A DNA stretch of 43,964 bases from Eubacteriales bacterium (lineage in GTDB: Bacteria > Bacillota > Clostridia > Oscillospirales > JAAYXM01), in NCBI GenBank assembly GCA_045614365.1, contig JAZLCV010000102.1:1-43964 (forward strand), given 5' to 3'. How positions within the stretch are numbered: the first letter of the stretch is position 1; each line of letters opens with the position of its first letter. Below the pieces are notes generated by a model. The model was not told the DNA's origin and did no database searches. It worked only from the letters and a program-made list of their open reading frames with translations. Shown one piece after another: positions 19,662 through 28,194 of this stretch. Position numbers and translations under genes: made by a program.

Positions 19662-20000
19662 ATGAATATTCAGATTTACGGTGCCAAATCCTGCTTTGAT
19701 ACAAAAAAGGCAGAGCGTTACTTCAAAGAAAGAAGAATTAAATTTCAGGCAATAGATCTTCCGCGCTTCGGGCTTTCTCCGAAGGAGTTTGACCTTGTTA
19801 TGTCAAAGGTCGGTCTGAATGAAATGATAAACAAAAAAGCAAAAGGCTATGATGCAAGCTTTATCGAATATATGGCAAGCGACGATGACAAAGCCGACAA
19901 GCTTTTTGATAATCCGGAGCTTATTTCCACGCCGATTGTAAGAAACGGCAGAGAAATAACCATCGGCTATTGCCCTGATATATGGAAAACTTGGGAATAA
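19662..20000 (+). CDS. ArsC/Spx family thioredoxin-fold protein
   Basis: 112 aa; IQIYGAKSCFDTKKAERYF, TPIVRNG. Confidence 0.8.
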   Translation: MNIQIYGAKSCFDTKKAERYFKERRIKFQAIDLPRFGLSPKEFDLVMSKVGLNEMINKKAKGYDASFIEYMASDDDKADKLFDNPELISTPIVRNGREITIGYCPDIWKTWE

Positions 20001-20010
20001 ACTGTTCTAC

Positions 20011-20034
20011 AATCCCCGCCCGACGGCGGGGATT
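20011..20034. repeat. Perfect 10-bp inverted repeat (possible terminator or small palindromic repeat)
   Basis: AATCCCCGCC-CGAC-GGCGGGGATT. Confidence 0.6.
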
Positions 20035-20081
20035 ATACATAAGATAAGAGCTAAAAGAGAAGAATAAAGAGGTATTGAGAA

Positions 20082-20897
20082 ATGAAAATAAGCTGTTGCG
20101 TATTTGACCTTGACGGAACACTGCTGACATCTCAAAACGTAATATCGGACACTGACAAAAAAACGCTGAGAAATTTAAGCGAAAAAGGCGTAAGAATTAT
20201 CATTGCCACCGGTCGCTCTGATTTGCAGATACGCGAATATGTCCATTCTCTCGGCGTGGCTGACCCTGTAATCACCTGCAACGGAGGGCAGATAATAAAC
20301 ATCACCACAGGAGAAGTTTTGCACCGCAGATTTTTACGTCCCGAAGATGCAAAGCGGATAATTGATACTGCCGAAAAAGAAGGCATTGATTACCTCTTCT
20401 ATACTCCCGAATACGTCTACCACGCATACTCAAGCGAGCGCGTAAAGTTTTTTATGGCGTATAACGAAACAGCGCCGGAACGGTTCAAGGTTCCTATTCG
20501 CGAAGCATCTCAGTATCGTGAAAAAGATGCGTTTTCAAACGTAGTAAAAATACTCATCCACGACGACACTGCACGTATTCCGGAATTCGAAAACAGGTTC
20601 AACGAAGAAAACACGCTCACCATTGTGTCCTCCGGCAAAAATCTGATAGACATAATGCCCGATAACACAACAAAGGGAAACGGGATAAAAGTTCTTGCCG
20701 ACAAGCTTGGCATTCCGGTTTCCGAGGTTGCCGCATTCGGTGACAGCTTAAACGATGAAACTATGCTACGTGCCGCAGGCTTTTCCGTTGCCATGGGCAA
20801 TGCAGAAAAAGAGATAAAGGATATCTGCGATTTTGTTACGAAAACTAACGATGAGTTTGGTATCACCCACGCGATAAAGCATATATTCGGCGAATAA
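20082..20897 (+). CDS. Cof-type HAD-IIB family hydrolase
   Basis: FDLDGTLL, IATGR, ITCNGG, TKGNG, AFGDSLNDETML, AMGNA. Confidence 0.93.
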   Translation: MKISCCVFDLDGTLLTSQNVISDTDKKTLRNLSEKGVRIIIATGRSDLQIREYVHSLGVADPVITCNGGQIINITTGEVLHRRFLRPEDAKRIIDTAEKEGIDYLFYTPEYVYHAYSSERVKFFMAYNETAPERFKVPIREASQYREKDAFSNVVKILIHDDTARIPEFENRFNEENTLTIVSSGKNLIDIMPDNTTKGNGIKVLADKLGIPVSEVAAFGDSLNDETMLRAAGFSVAMGNAEKEIKDICDFVTKTNDEFGITHAIKHIFGE

Positions 20898-20904
20898 AAT
20901 TCTC

Positions 20905-20943
20905 AAGAGAGGGAGCTGCAACAAAGCAGTTCCCTCTCTTTTT
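20905..20943. terminator. Terminator between convergent genes
   Basis: AAGAGAGGGAGCTGC-AACAAA-GCAGTTCCCTCTCTT-TTT. Confidence 0.85.
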
Positions 20944-20992
20944 CACTGTCCGTTTTTCTCAAAATTGAGTGACACTTTTGTATAGGGGCAAT

Positions 20993-23900
20993 TTATGACT
21001 TGCCCGCTACATAATCCAATATACGCTTGAGCAGCACTGCAACCTCGGCTCGTGTCGTGTAATCAGTTGGAGCGATAAGTCCGGATTTGCCGTTGACGAT
21101 ACCCGAACCGACAAGCGCAGAAACTGCTTCCTTTGCGTAAGGTGCGATGGTAGCGAAGTCCTCATTCTGCGGTTCGTCATAAATGCCGAACCCTACATTT
21201 AGTATCTGCAGTGCACGGTAGACGATTACCATCATATCCTGACGAGTGATGGAGTTGCGTGGTGCAAACTTGTTATCACCAATGCCGCCGATTATGCCAT
21301 TGTTTCGTGCTATTGCAAGCTCGGATGCATAATAATCATTCACCATAACATCTGCGAAGTTTTCCGTATTATCTGAGCTTAGCTTGAATGCACGCACCAG
21401 AAGCAGTGCAAAATCTGCGCGGGTGATATTTGATTCCGGATTGAACGTACTTGCAGTCATGCCCTTTATTATTCCATCTGCCGCAAGCGCGTTTATCGCA
21501 TCTGCTGCCCATGCGTGATTACCCAAATCCGTGAATTTCGGTTCGTCGGAACCACTGAACCCTACGTTGGGTTGGGTTGCAGCATCTTCGTTGCCGTTTT
21601 CATCGGTATCCGTTGTGTCACCAGTTGTGTCATGCGGTTTGTCATCCGGTGCGGCACCGCCGCCACCGCCTCCTCCACCGCCAGCGGCAGGTGTATCGGT
21701 GTTTCCTGCCTCCGGTGTTTCGGTTGTATCAGTTTTATCCTGAGATGAGCCACCCGTTGTCGAACCGTAGACAGTGACAGTAAAATACAGCGTTGATGTT
21801 CTGCCAAGCGAGTCGGTCGCATCAATTGCGACAAGGCTCTCTCCCACCTGGCTGCCATCCGGCTTCCATGTAAAGGTTGCCGTCTCTGCACTAAAGCTTG
21901 CGCCTCGCGGAAGTGTGCGTGCAGAGTAAGTAACTATACCGTCTTCTACCTGACTTTCCGCTCTTACTGTAAGCTTCAAAGAGCTTCCGGCAGATGATGT
22001 AATATTTCCCGGCTCGTCAAACTCAGGAGCATTGTCTTCTTCATACGACATCGGAATTGCAAAACGCGTTCCCTCATTGATGATATAATTGTATGTATCA
22101 TCCTCATAGCTGTCATATGAATCGACAAATGTTACATTACCAAAGCTCAGAATTGCCGTTTTTCCATCCTCAGAAATCTCAGCATCCTCTATTATGAATG
22201 CCGCATTGCCCGGAGAGTCGGTCTCTCCGACGAAAATACGTCCGGACAGACTTGTTTTTTCATCATTCATCATTTTAAGCAGAGCTTTACTTATGGGCTC
22301 ATCAAACTCGACCTGCGCTTTATTTACAATAGAAAGCCCCTTTGTATGCCACGTTACCTTACCGGTAAGAGCATCGGTCTGCTCATTATCCTCGTTTCCG
22401 ATAAGCGTTCCGTCGTGGAGATAGCTGTAAATGTTTTCAAGCTTACCGTCAACCGACTTAACCGTCCAGACTCCCGCAAAGCCGCAGAACAGGAAGCTGT
22501 AGCCTTCGGTATCGGTTCCGACGGTTGTATCGGCTATAGTGTATGTAATGTCCTTTCTTGTTGCGTACATTACATAATCAACTCTTCCGTCAATAAGCTC
22601 CACTCTGACCGCTGCTGCCTTGTCAGCGCCGAGATTTTCGCCATTTACCGGCACCATCTCAATGCGGTCGATGTTCTTTATATACGGAGTTTTGTTATAC
22701 GGCTCGAAAACAGTTGTATAAAGCGTATCAAGCTTTTCATCTGCCTTTGCCTTGCGGCGCACAAGCAAATACTCAATTCTGTTTATCACCTTATCCCAAT
22801 CATCTTTACGCGTAGGAACACTCTGCGCAAGCGTTACCTCATCTGCCTTCCAGTCGTTTGCGGTTGTAACCTTCAGATGAATATCCATAAGACTGCTATT
22901 ATTGCGCGACAACTTTCTCATATCTGAAATCTTATAGTCAACAGAGAAATTCATATCAGGATCATTGTCCTTGCGGATTTTCTCAAGCCAAGTATAACCC
23001 GAAGGATATTTCAGCGGAACATACTGATTAGAAGTATTAGTCCACGGGTCGTTTCCGAAACGCGCATCAGTTCCTGCATAAGTACCGATGTAATTGCCGT
23101 TTTCATCAACCTGATGTTCAATGCTGTCAAGCCCCGTTGTCTCCGCCACGGTATTACTCGATGCATGGAAGGAATAAATATGATCTTCCCCGCCGAGCAC
23201 CTTGAAGAAGTCTACACCGTAAGATATTTCATCGTCGTAGTCTATCATCATTACTGTTCTGCGATAATCATCAGCCGTCTGATAGGTTGTGCTTCCGTCA
23301 ACATCCATAAGGCGGACTCTTGTATCCTTGTTGTCAAAGTGCAGTGGCTTTGCCGGATCTTCGGGTTTTACCGAACTTGTTTCGTTTATGACAACCGTGT
23401 TGTGCGAAAGCGTAACATTCGTCCACTGATGACGGCTTGGATATGCACCTGTTCTTTCCGGGTATCCGTTGTCCGACGACATTGAAATTCCATATGCATC
23501 AATACCTATATTCAGGAAATCTCGGTGCATGTGCGATGTTGCTCCGCCAAAGTACATCCAGAAATCGCGCGTGGTGTCTTTTATTGTACTCGTTCCCAAA
23601 ACGTTATTATACAGCGCACCGGCGCGAAGCGATGCAAAGCCGTAGCCCGTCATCATAGAGCTTCTGTCATAATTATATTCACCAAAAGCATCTATTTCCT
23701 TTTCGATATCACTATAAAGGCTGTCGGGATTTTTCGTGAAGATATCGTAATGCAGATCTTCGAGTGCAAAGTTCTTACCCTTTACGGCAATCTCATAAAG
23801 AAGCTGGGCAAGCTGCGTCTTTGTCTTTTGGTAACCGCTTATCTTTTCTTCAAGCTCTGCCCTAACAGCCTCATCAACTGTCTTAAGACTTTCTTCAAGC

Positions 23901-26900
23901 TCTGCTGTATATATTGCAAGCTGCTTATAGCTTTCGGCAATAATATTTGTATCCGATGGCATAACACGGTATGTTCCCATCATTCCCTGGTCGCCTATTG
24001 ACTGCGTTCCACGATGCAGATCAATCATATCGTTATAGCAGGTAAGCATCGTTATATATTTCGGATTTCTCCAGAGGTTTTCCTTTTCAGTCAGCTCGCC
24101 CTTGTACAAGCCGAGCGTCGTAGCCACAGCAACGGTATCCTCAATCCAGCCGTAGTTGTAGGATGATGAGGATTCTGTTCCCTGACCGTCACGCGAAACC
24201 TGATTTACAATCTTATAAAGAAGCTCGCCACCGGTGTTGAAGGTTTTGCCAGCCGTTGATGTGTTCTGCTTGCTTTCCACGAACAACCAGTCTATCATCT
24301 CACGCGAATACGGTTCTCGGTCATATACAACAGCAGCATTTGCCACTGCCGCCTGATGCATACCAAAGTTTCCGTTTACATCTCCCGCCATCGCCGCACT
24401 GTATATCTCATAGATGAGGTCACGCTCGATATTATCACGTATGTTCTTGTTGGAGTTTTTGGGAAGCCTTGCTTCTCCCGTTACCTGATGCACTGCTATT
24501 CCGTAATACTCCCGTTCTTTTTCGGCAAGAAAGCTTTGTACCTCGGGGTCATCATACATCGGCCAGAACGCATCATATGCCGTTGAGAAGCTTATAGCAA
24601 AGTTTGCATCCCAGATATCATTTGATATTTTGCCGGAATTGTGTGAGCTTGACGAGAATGCATAACGCAGCACATTCCAGTTTACGGTTTCGCCGTTGCT
24701 GTTTTTCCACTCGTTTGCGCTATATTCGGGATACAGGTCTGCAAGGCGGTCAATCAGGACCGCGCCGATCTTTCCATACTTTTCTTCACCTGTGTAGACA
24801 TACGCAAGCTTCAAAGAATCAATCGCTTCAATAATGGCGTTTGCTCCTGCATGCCAGAATCCGCAATGGTTGTAGTATGGTATAAAAGGCCACAAATCTG
24901 AAATTGCATCGCTTGTTTCCCATGCACAGCCCGGAGCATATCCCCAACCATCATCAACACACCAGAGCATACCGCTCTTGACCTCATCATATCCTCCGAC
25001 GAGATTGTATATCTTATGGTCTGCTTTTCCGTCGCTGTCGAGGTCTGCATTATAGCGAAACGGGTCTATGCCGTTAAACTCTTTTCCTTCAGTATACAGG
25101 TCGGTATACATATCATTTTTAAGATACCCTTGGCCGTAGCCGTAGTATTTATACCAGTTCGTAAGCTCGGTTCCATATTGATCGAAAAATGCGGTTGTAC
25201 CTGTCGGATCCACCATCTCCAGCTTTTCGCAATCACATTCAAAATCATGATTTTCCGCAAAGTCAGCCTTGTGGTAAATCATATTATGATGGCGCAAAAG
25301 CGCAAGAGCACGGTCAAACACGCCGTCGTTTCCGAGCCCCAGCTCATAGAACGAGCCGAAATCATTTGACGGGAAAAGGCGCTTGCATTCCGGGCACTGT
25401 ATTTTCCACGGACGTGTCAGCGGTGATGTGATCCACGGATACCCTGACTCTGCAACCTTGACTCCGCAATAACGGCAGACATATGTGGATATTTCATCAC
25501 CACGGCGGCTGAGCTGAATAGAACGCGGAATGCCCTCTCCCGCAAGCAGATTCCATATTCCTTCCATACCAAGGGCTACGTATTTATCTGCCTTTTCAAC
25601 CGCAGCATCCTTTTCGTTCTTTGCCCAGGTATATTTTTTGATGTTTTCTCGAGCAATCGCAATGCGTTCGTCCGTATAATACGTACGGCCTGCCTTACCG
25701 TGCGTGACGGTAATTGTCGCCGATGCTTCATACGGCACGTCGTCAAGCGTCGTAGTAACCGAAACTGTATAAACTCCTTCTTCTGCATCGGAGCCTATCT
25801 CTGCCGTGAACGTACCATTCTCGCCTTCCTCAAAGCTTACGTTAGTCTGCTCTGCGTCATAGTTCCACTCGATGCTGTCCCAAGATATATCGCCTGCGAA
25901 GTCATAACCACCAAGAGATACTGCTTTTATGCCAAGTATGATGCTCTCCCGCTCGCCGGGGCGCATAACAAAGCTGTCTCCGGTTATCTCAATGCCTGCA
26001 AGCTCTGAATAATCGCGCACATTAACCTCTACCGTCTCTGACCAGCTCTGTCCCTTGCTCTCGCCCGTGTTGTCCGTAAGCGTCATTTTAACGTGTGCCG
26101 TACCTAATTCTTTTGCCGTAACCGTGCCATCAGCTGCAAGGTCTATATATTCCCCGCCGTCTGAAAGTTCATATACGATCGCATAGTCCTGTCCTACGCC
26201 TGTAAGCGACGGCATAATCTCGTGAGAAACGCCGTTTTTAAACAGAATTGATGCCGAAAGAGCAACACTTTCGCCTTTGTTTATTTCATAGCTTTCCTTC
26301 ATCGGAGTGAGCGCCTTTATTTCAGGTATGCTCTCTGCCGCGAAAAATGCAATCGAGCCATAAGCCTGTCCGTAATATGTGTTGTTCACATACTCCATCT
26401 CACCCGTCACCGGATTGAAAACCTGCAAAGTACGAGTCTGGCAATCAAACGTCAGCGTGTGCGTTCCCTCTTCGATATAAAACGTACGGAAGGTTTCCGG
26501 CAGAATGTTATTGGATGTTCCTTTGTTGTAAAAGCAGAAATCTCCTGCATATACTCCATCAAGATAAATATCCACGTCCTCTGCCGCTTTTATTCCGTTT
26601 CCTTTTCCCGAAATGGAAATCGAGTAATATCCCGAGCGCGGAATTTTAACCTCAAGAACGCCCTTTCCTGTTCTTCGCGGAGTTACGGTAAGCCCGTTAA
26701 GATTAAGATTTATCGTCCCCTTGCTTGTGAGATCCCACGAAACAAATCTCCATCCGTGTTCTTCGAGCGTTGCGGCATATACATCCGTTATCGGCTGATT
26801 CATAAAATCAATGATAACGTGCTTGTCGTTATCGGTATTGACAATTTCTATATCAGTGCTGCCCGTTACTGTTTTTCCGTTATACGCTGCTTCGGCGCAG

Positions 26901-28093
26901 AGCTTTATGCCGTCAACACCCGCAGGTACCGTTATGTACCACTCGCTATTATCTTCTATTCCGTCAACGATGTCGTTTCCGCACTCAAACCATACGCGGA
27001 CAGAGGGTTGCGTCTCAAACTCCGTAATAACCGTTCCGTTTCTGTCCCTGAACGTGAGCTTCACACGCCGCGTTGCATATGCCGGAATTCTGTTGCCGCC
27101 GTCAAGAGAAACATCGACCGTGTGTATAGATTCGTCAATAACGGTTATTGTTGCAGAGCCGGTCAGCTCCACTCCTTCAACAACTGCCGTAGCAGTAATT
27201 GTTGCAGTTCCCTCGCCAATTCCCGTCACGGAATTTCCGTCAATTGAAATAATCCCGTTATCTTCTGTCGTATATGTAACCTCAGCATCAACAACCGTAC
27301 CACTTGCGTCTTTTACCACGCTGGAAAGCGTTGCCACCTCATTTTTCTTTATCTGCTCCTTTGAGGTTTTTACAAGCACGCGCGGGGTAAGCGTAAGCGA
27401 TGCTACCGACAGAGTTCTCGTTTGCCCTGCCTTTCCTTGATTAAAAACAAGAACATATTCCTTTTCCGCACTCAGCGTAACATCCTTTGCCGATTTAATT
27501 GTCATTGCTTTCGTTGCTGCGGTTGACTGTTTTATCATTGCCGTTCCGACAAGAGACTCGGACGAGATTCCAAGATCTCCGAACGCAAGTCCGCCTGTTC
27601 TTACAGACGAGCTAACCGTTCCATATGTATCACCACTTGCAAATGTCTCGGCAAGTTTTCCCTCAAGCGGGGCAATATACATCTCTAATGCTTCCGAGCC
27701 GTACTTCTGATGTGAGGCCGTACCCGATATGCTATAAGTGGCAGTTTTCGGAACTCTTATTTTAAAAGCAATCCAGTTATTTGCCGCCTGACGGCTTGTC
27801 TGCAAATACGCAAACGCCGCGACTACAGCAGTTGTTGAAGATGATGCAGCACCTGTAATATGAGAGCCGAGATATGCCCAGTTGCGGTCTGTTCCGTAGC
27901 TTGTAAAATACTTTTCACCGGATGCCGATTCCAGCGGGACCAATGCCGCTGTCGAAACAACATCATTATGTCCGTCTATATGAAAATTATAGTTTACGGC
28001 ATCTGTTTCCGTTGCTCCTGCAAACAGAACTGTTGTAGGCAACAATGATATCAGCATGCATATGCTTAAGATTAACGATAATGTTCTTTTCAT
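20993..28093 (-). CDS. SLH-anchored multimodular heparinase II/III-like polysaccharide lyase (~2366 aa)
   Basis: Signal peptide from ATG 28093 (AGGAG RBS); CBM-like and Ig-like modules; CRYCG..CPEC; HMHRD..DNGYP..SHNTVVINE resembling the heparinase II/III C-terminal domain; putative Ig (LPRGASF..TFTWKP); poly-Gly linker; three SLH repeats (ITRADF, ITRQDM, TTRAEV). Confidence 0.8.
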   Translation of the reverse strand: MKRTLSLILSICMLISLLPTTVLFAGATETDAVNYNFHIDGHNDVVSTAALVPLESASGEKYFTSYGTDRNWAYLGSHITGAASSSTTAVVAAFAYLQTSRQAANNWIAFKIRVPKTATYSISGTASHQKYGSEALEMYIAPLEGKLAETFASGDTYGTVSSSVRTGGLAFGDLGISSESLVGTAMIKQSTAATKAMTIKSAKDVTLSAEKEYVLVFNQGKAGQTRTLSVASLTLTPRVLVKTSKEQIKKNEVATLSSVVKDASGTVVDAEVTYTTEDNGIISIDGNSVTGIGEGTATITATAVVEGVELTGSATITVIDESIHTVDVSLDGGNRIPAYATRRVKLTFRDRNGTVITEFETQPSVRVWFECGNDIVDGIEDNSEWYITVPAGVDGIKLCAEAAYNGKTVTGSTDIEIVNTDNDKHVIIDFMNQPITDVYAATLEEHGWRFVSWDLTSKGTINLNLNGLTVTPRRTGKGVLEVKIPRSGYYSISISGKGNGIKAAEDVDIYLDGVYAGDFCFYNKGTSNNILPETFRTFYIEEGTHTLTFDCQTRTLQVFNPVTGEMEYVNNTYYGQAYGSIAFFAAESIPEIKALTPMKESYEINKGESVALSASILFKNGVSHEIMPSLTGVGQDYAIVYELSDGGEYIDLAADGTVTAKELGTAHVKMTLTDNTGESKGQSWSETVEVNVRDYSELAGIEITGDSFVMRPGERESIILGIKAVSLGGYDFAGDISWDSIEWNYDAEQTNVSFEEGENGTFTAEIGSDAEEGVYTVSVTTTLDDVPYEASATITVTHGKAGRTYYTDERIAIARENIKKYTWAKNEKDAAVEKADKYVALGMEGIWNLLAGEGIPRSIQLSRRGDEISTYVCRYCGVKVAESGYPWITSPLTRPWKIQCPECKRLFPSNDFGSFYELGLGNDGVFDRALALLRHHNMIYHKADFAENHDFECDCEKLEMVDPTGTTAFFDQYGTELTNWYKYYGYGQGYLKNDMYTDLYTEGKEFNGIDPFRYNADLDSDGKADHKIYNLVGGYDEVKSGMLWCVDDGWGYAPGCAWETSDAISDLWPFIPYYNHCGFWHAGANAIIEAIDSLKLAYVYTGEEKYGKIGAVLIDRLADLYPEYSANEWKNSNGETVNWNVLRYAFSSSSHNSGKISNDIWDANFAISFSTAYDAFWPMYDDPEVQSFLAEKEREYYGIAVHQVTGEARLPKNSNKNIRDNIERDLIYEIYSAAMAGDVNGNFGMHQAAVANAAVVYDREPYSREMIDWLFVESKQNTSTAGKTFNTGGELLYKIVNQVSRDGQGTESSSSYNYGWIEDTVAVATTLGLYKGELTEKENLWRNPKYITMLTCYNDMIDLHRGTQSIGDQGMMGTYRVMPSDTNIIAESYKQLAIYTAELEESLKTVDEAVRAELEEKISGYQKTKTQLAQLLYEIAVKGKNFALEDLHYDIFTKNPDSLYSDIEKEIDAFGEYNYDRSSMMTGYGFASLRAGALYNNVLGTSTIKDTTRDFWMYFGGATSHMHRDFLNIGIDAYGISMSSDNGYPERTGAYPSRHQWTNVTLSHNTVVINETSSVKPEDPAKPLHFDNKDTRVRLMDVDGSTTYQTADDYRRTVMMIDYDDEISYGVDFFKVLGGEDHIYSFHASSNTVAETTGLDSIEHQVDENGNYIGTYAGTDARFGNDPWTNTSNQYVPLKYPSGYTWLEKIRKDNDPDMNFSVDYKISDMRKLSRNNSSLMDIHLKVTTANDWKADEVTLAQSVPTRKDDWDKVINRIEYLLVRRKAKADEKLDTLYTTVFEPYNKTPYIKNIDRIEMVPVNGENLGADKAAAVRVELIDGRVDYVMYATRKDITYTIADTTVGTDTEGYSFLFCGFAGVWTVKSVDGKLENIYSYLHDGTLIGNEDNEQTDALTGKVTWHTKGLSIVNKAQVEFDEPISKALLKMMNDEKTSLSGRIFVGETDSPGNAAFIIEDAEISEDGKTAILSFGNVTFVDSYDSYEDDTYNYIINEGTRFAIPMSYEEDNAPEFDEPGNITSSAGSSLKLTVRAESQVEDGIVTYSARTLPRGASFSAETATFTWKPDGSQVGESLVAIDATDSLGRTSTLYFTVTVYGSTTGGSSQDKTDTTETPEAGNTDTPAAGGGGGGGGGAAPDDKPHDTTGDTTDTDENGNEDAATQPNVGFSGSDEPKFTDLGNHAWAADAINALAADGIIKGMTASTFNPESNITRADFALLLVRAFKLSSDNTENFADVMVNDYYASELAIARNNGIIGGIGDNKFAPRNSITRQDMMVIVYRALQILNVGFGIYDEPQNEDFATIAPYAKEAVSALVGSGIVNGKSGLIAPTDYTTRAEVAVLLKRILDYVAGKS
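21168..21196 (-). repeat. REP-like GTAG palindrome in-frame within SLH gene (encodes VGFGIYDEP)
   Basis: GTAG-GGTTCG-GCATTTATGA-CGAACC-GCA; lies between SLH2 and SLH3. Confidence 0.75.
21539..21565 (-). repeat. REP-like GTAG palindrome in-frame within SLH gene (encodes VGFSGSDEP)
   Basis: GTAG-GGTTC-AGTGGTTCCGAC-GAACC-G; 21/27 identical to 21170-21196; immediately before SLH1. Confidence 0.65.
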
Positions 28094-28144
28094 AAAATTT
28101 CTCCTTATAAACAGCGTTTGTGATCTTTCAGCGAACCTCAGGAT

Positions 28145-28185
28145 GAAATGTGGGAGAATGAACACCGTCCATCCTCCCCCATTCC
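28145..28185 (-). other. Intergenic RNA stem-loop between the two large surface-protein genes
   Basis: 18-bp stem with three G-U pairs that form only in the minus-strand transcript; no U tract. Confidence 0.65.
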
Positions 28186-28194
28186 GATGTATTA

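Noticed and set aside
20011-20034. Hairpin resembling an IS200/IS605 end
   Set aside because: No tnpA/tnpB remnant or matching second end is visible.
21645-21690. GCC/CCT-rich low-complexity tract
   Set aside because: Encodes the ordinary poly-Gly linker before the SLH domains; mixed codons argue against a phase-variable repeat.
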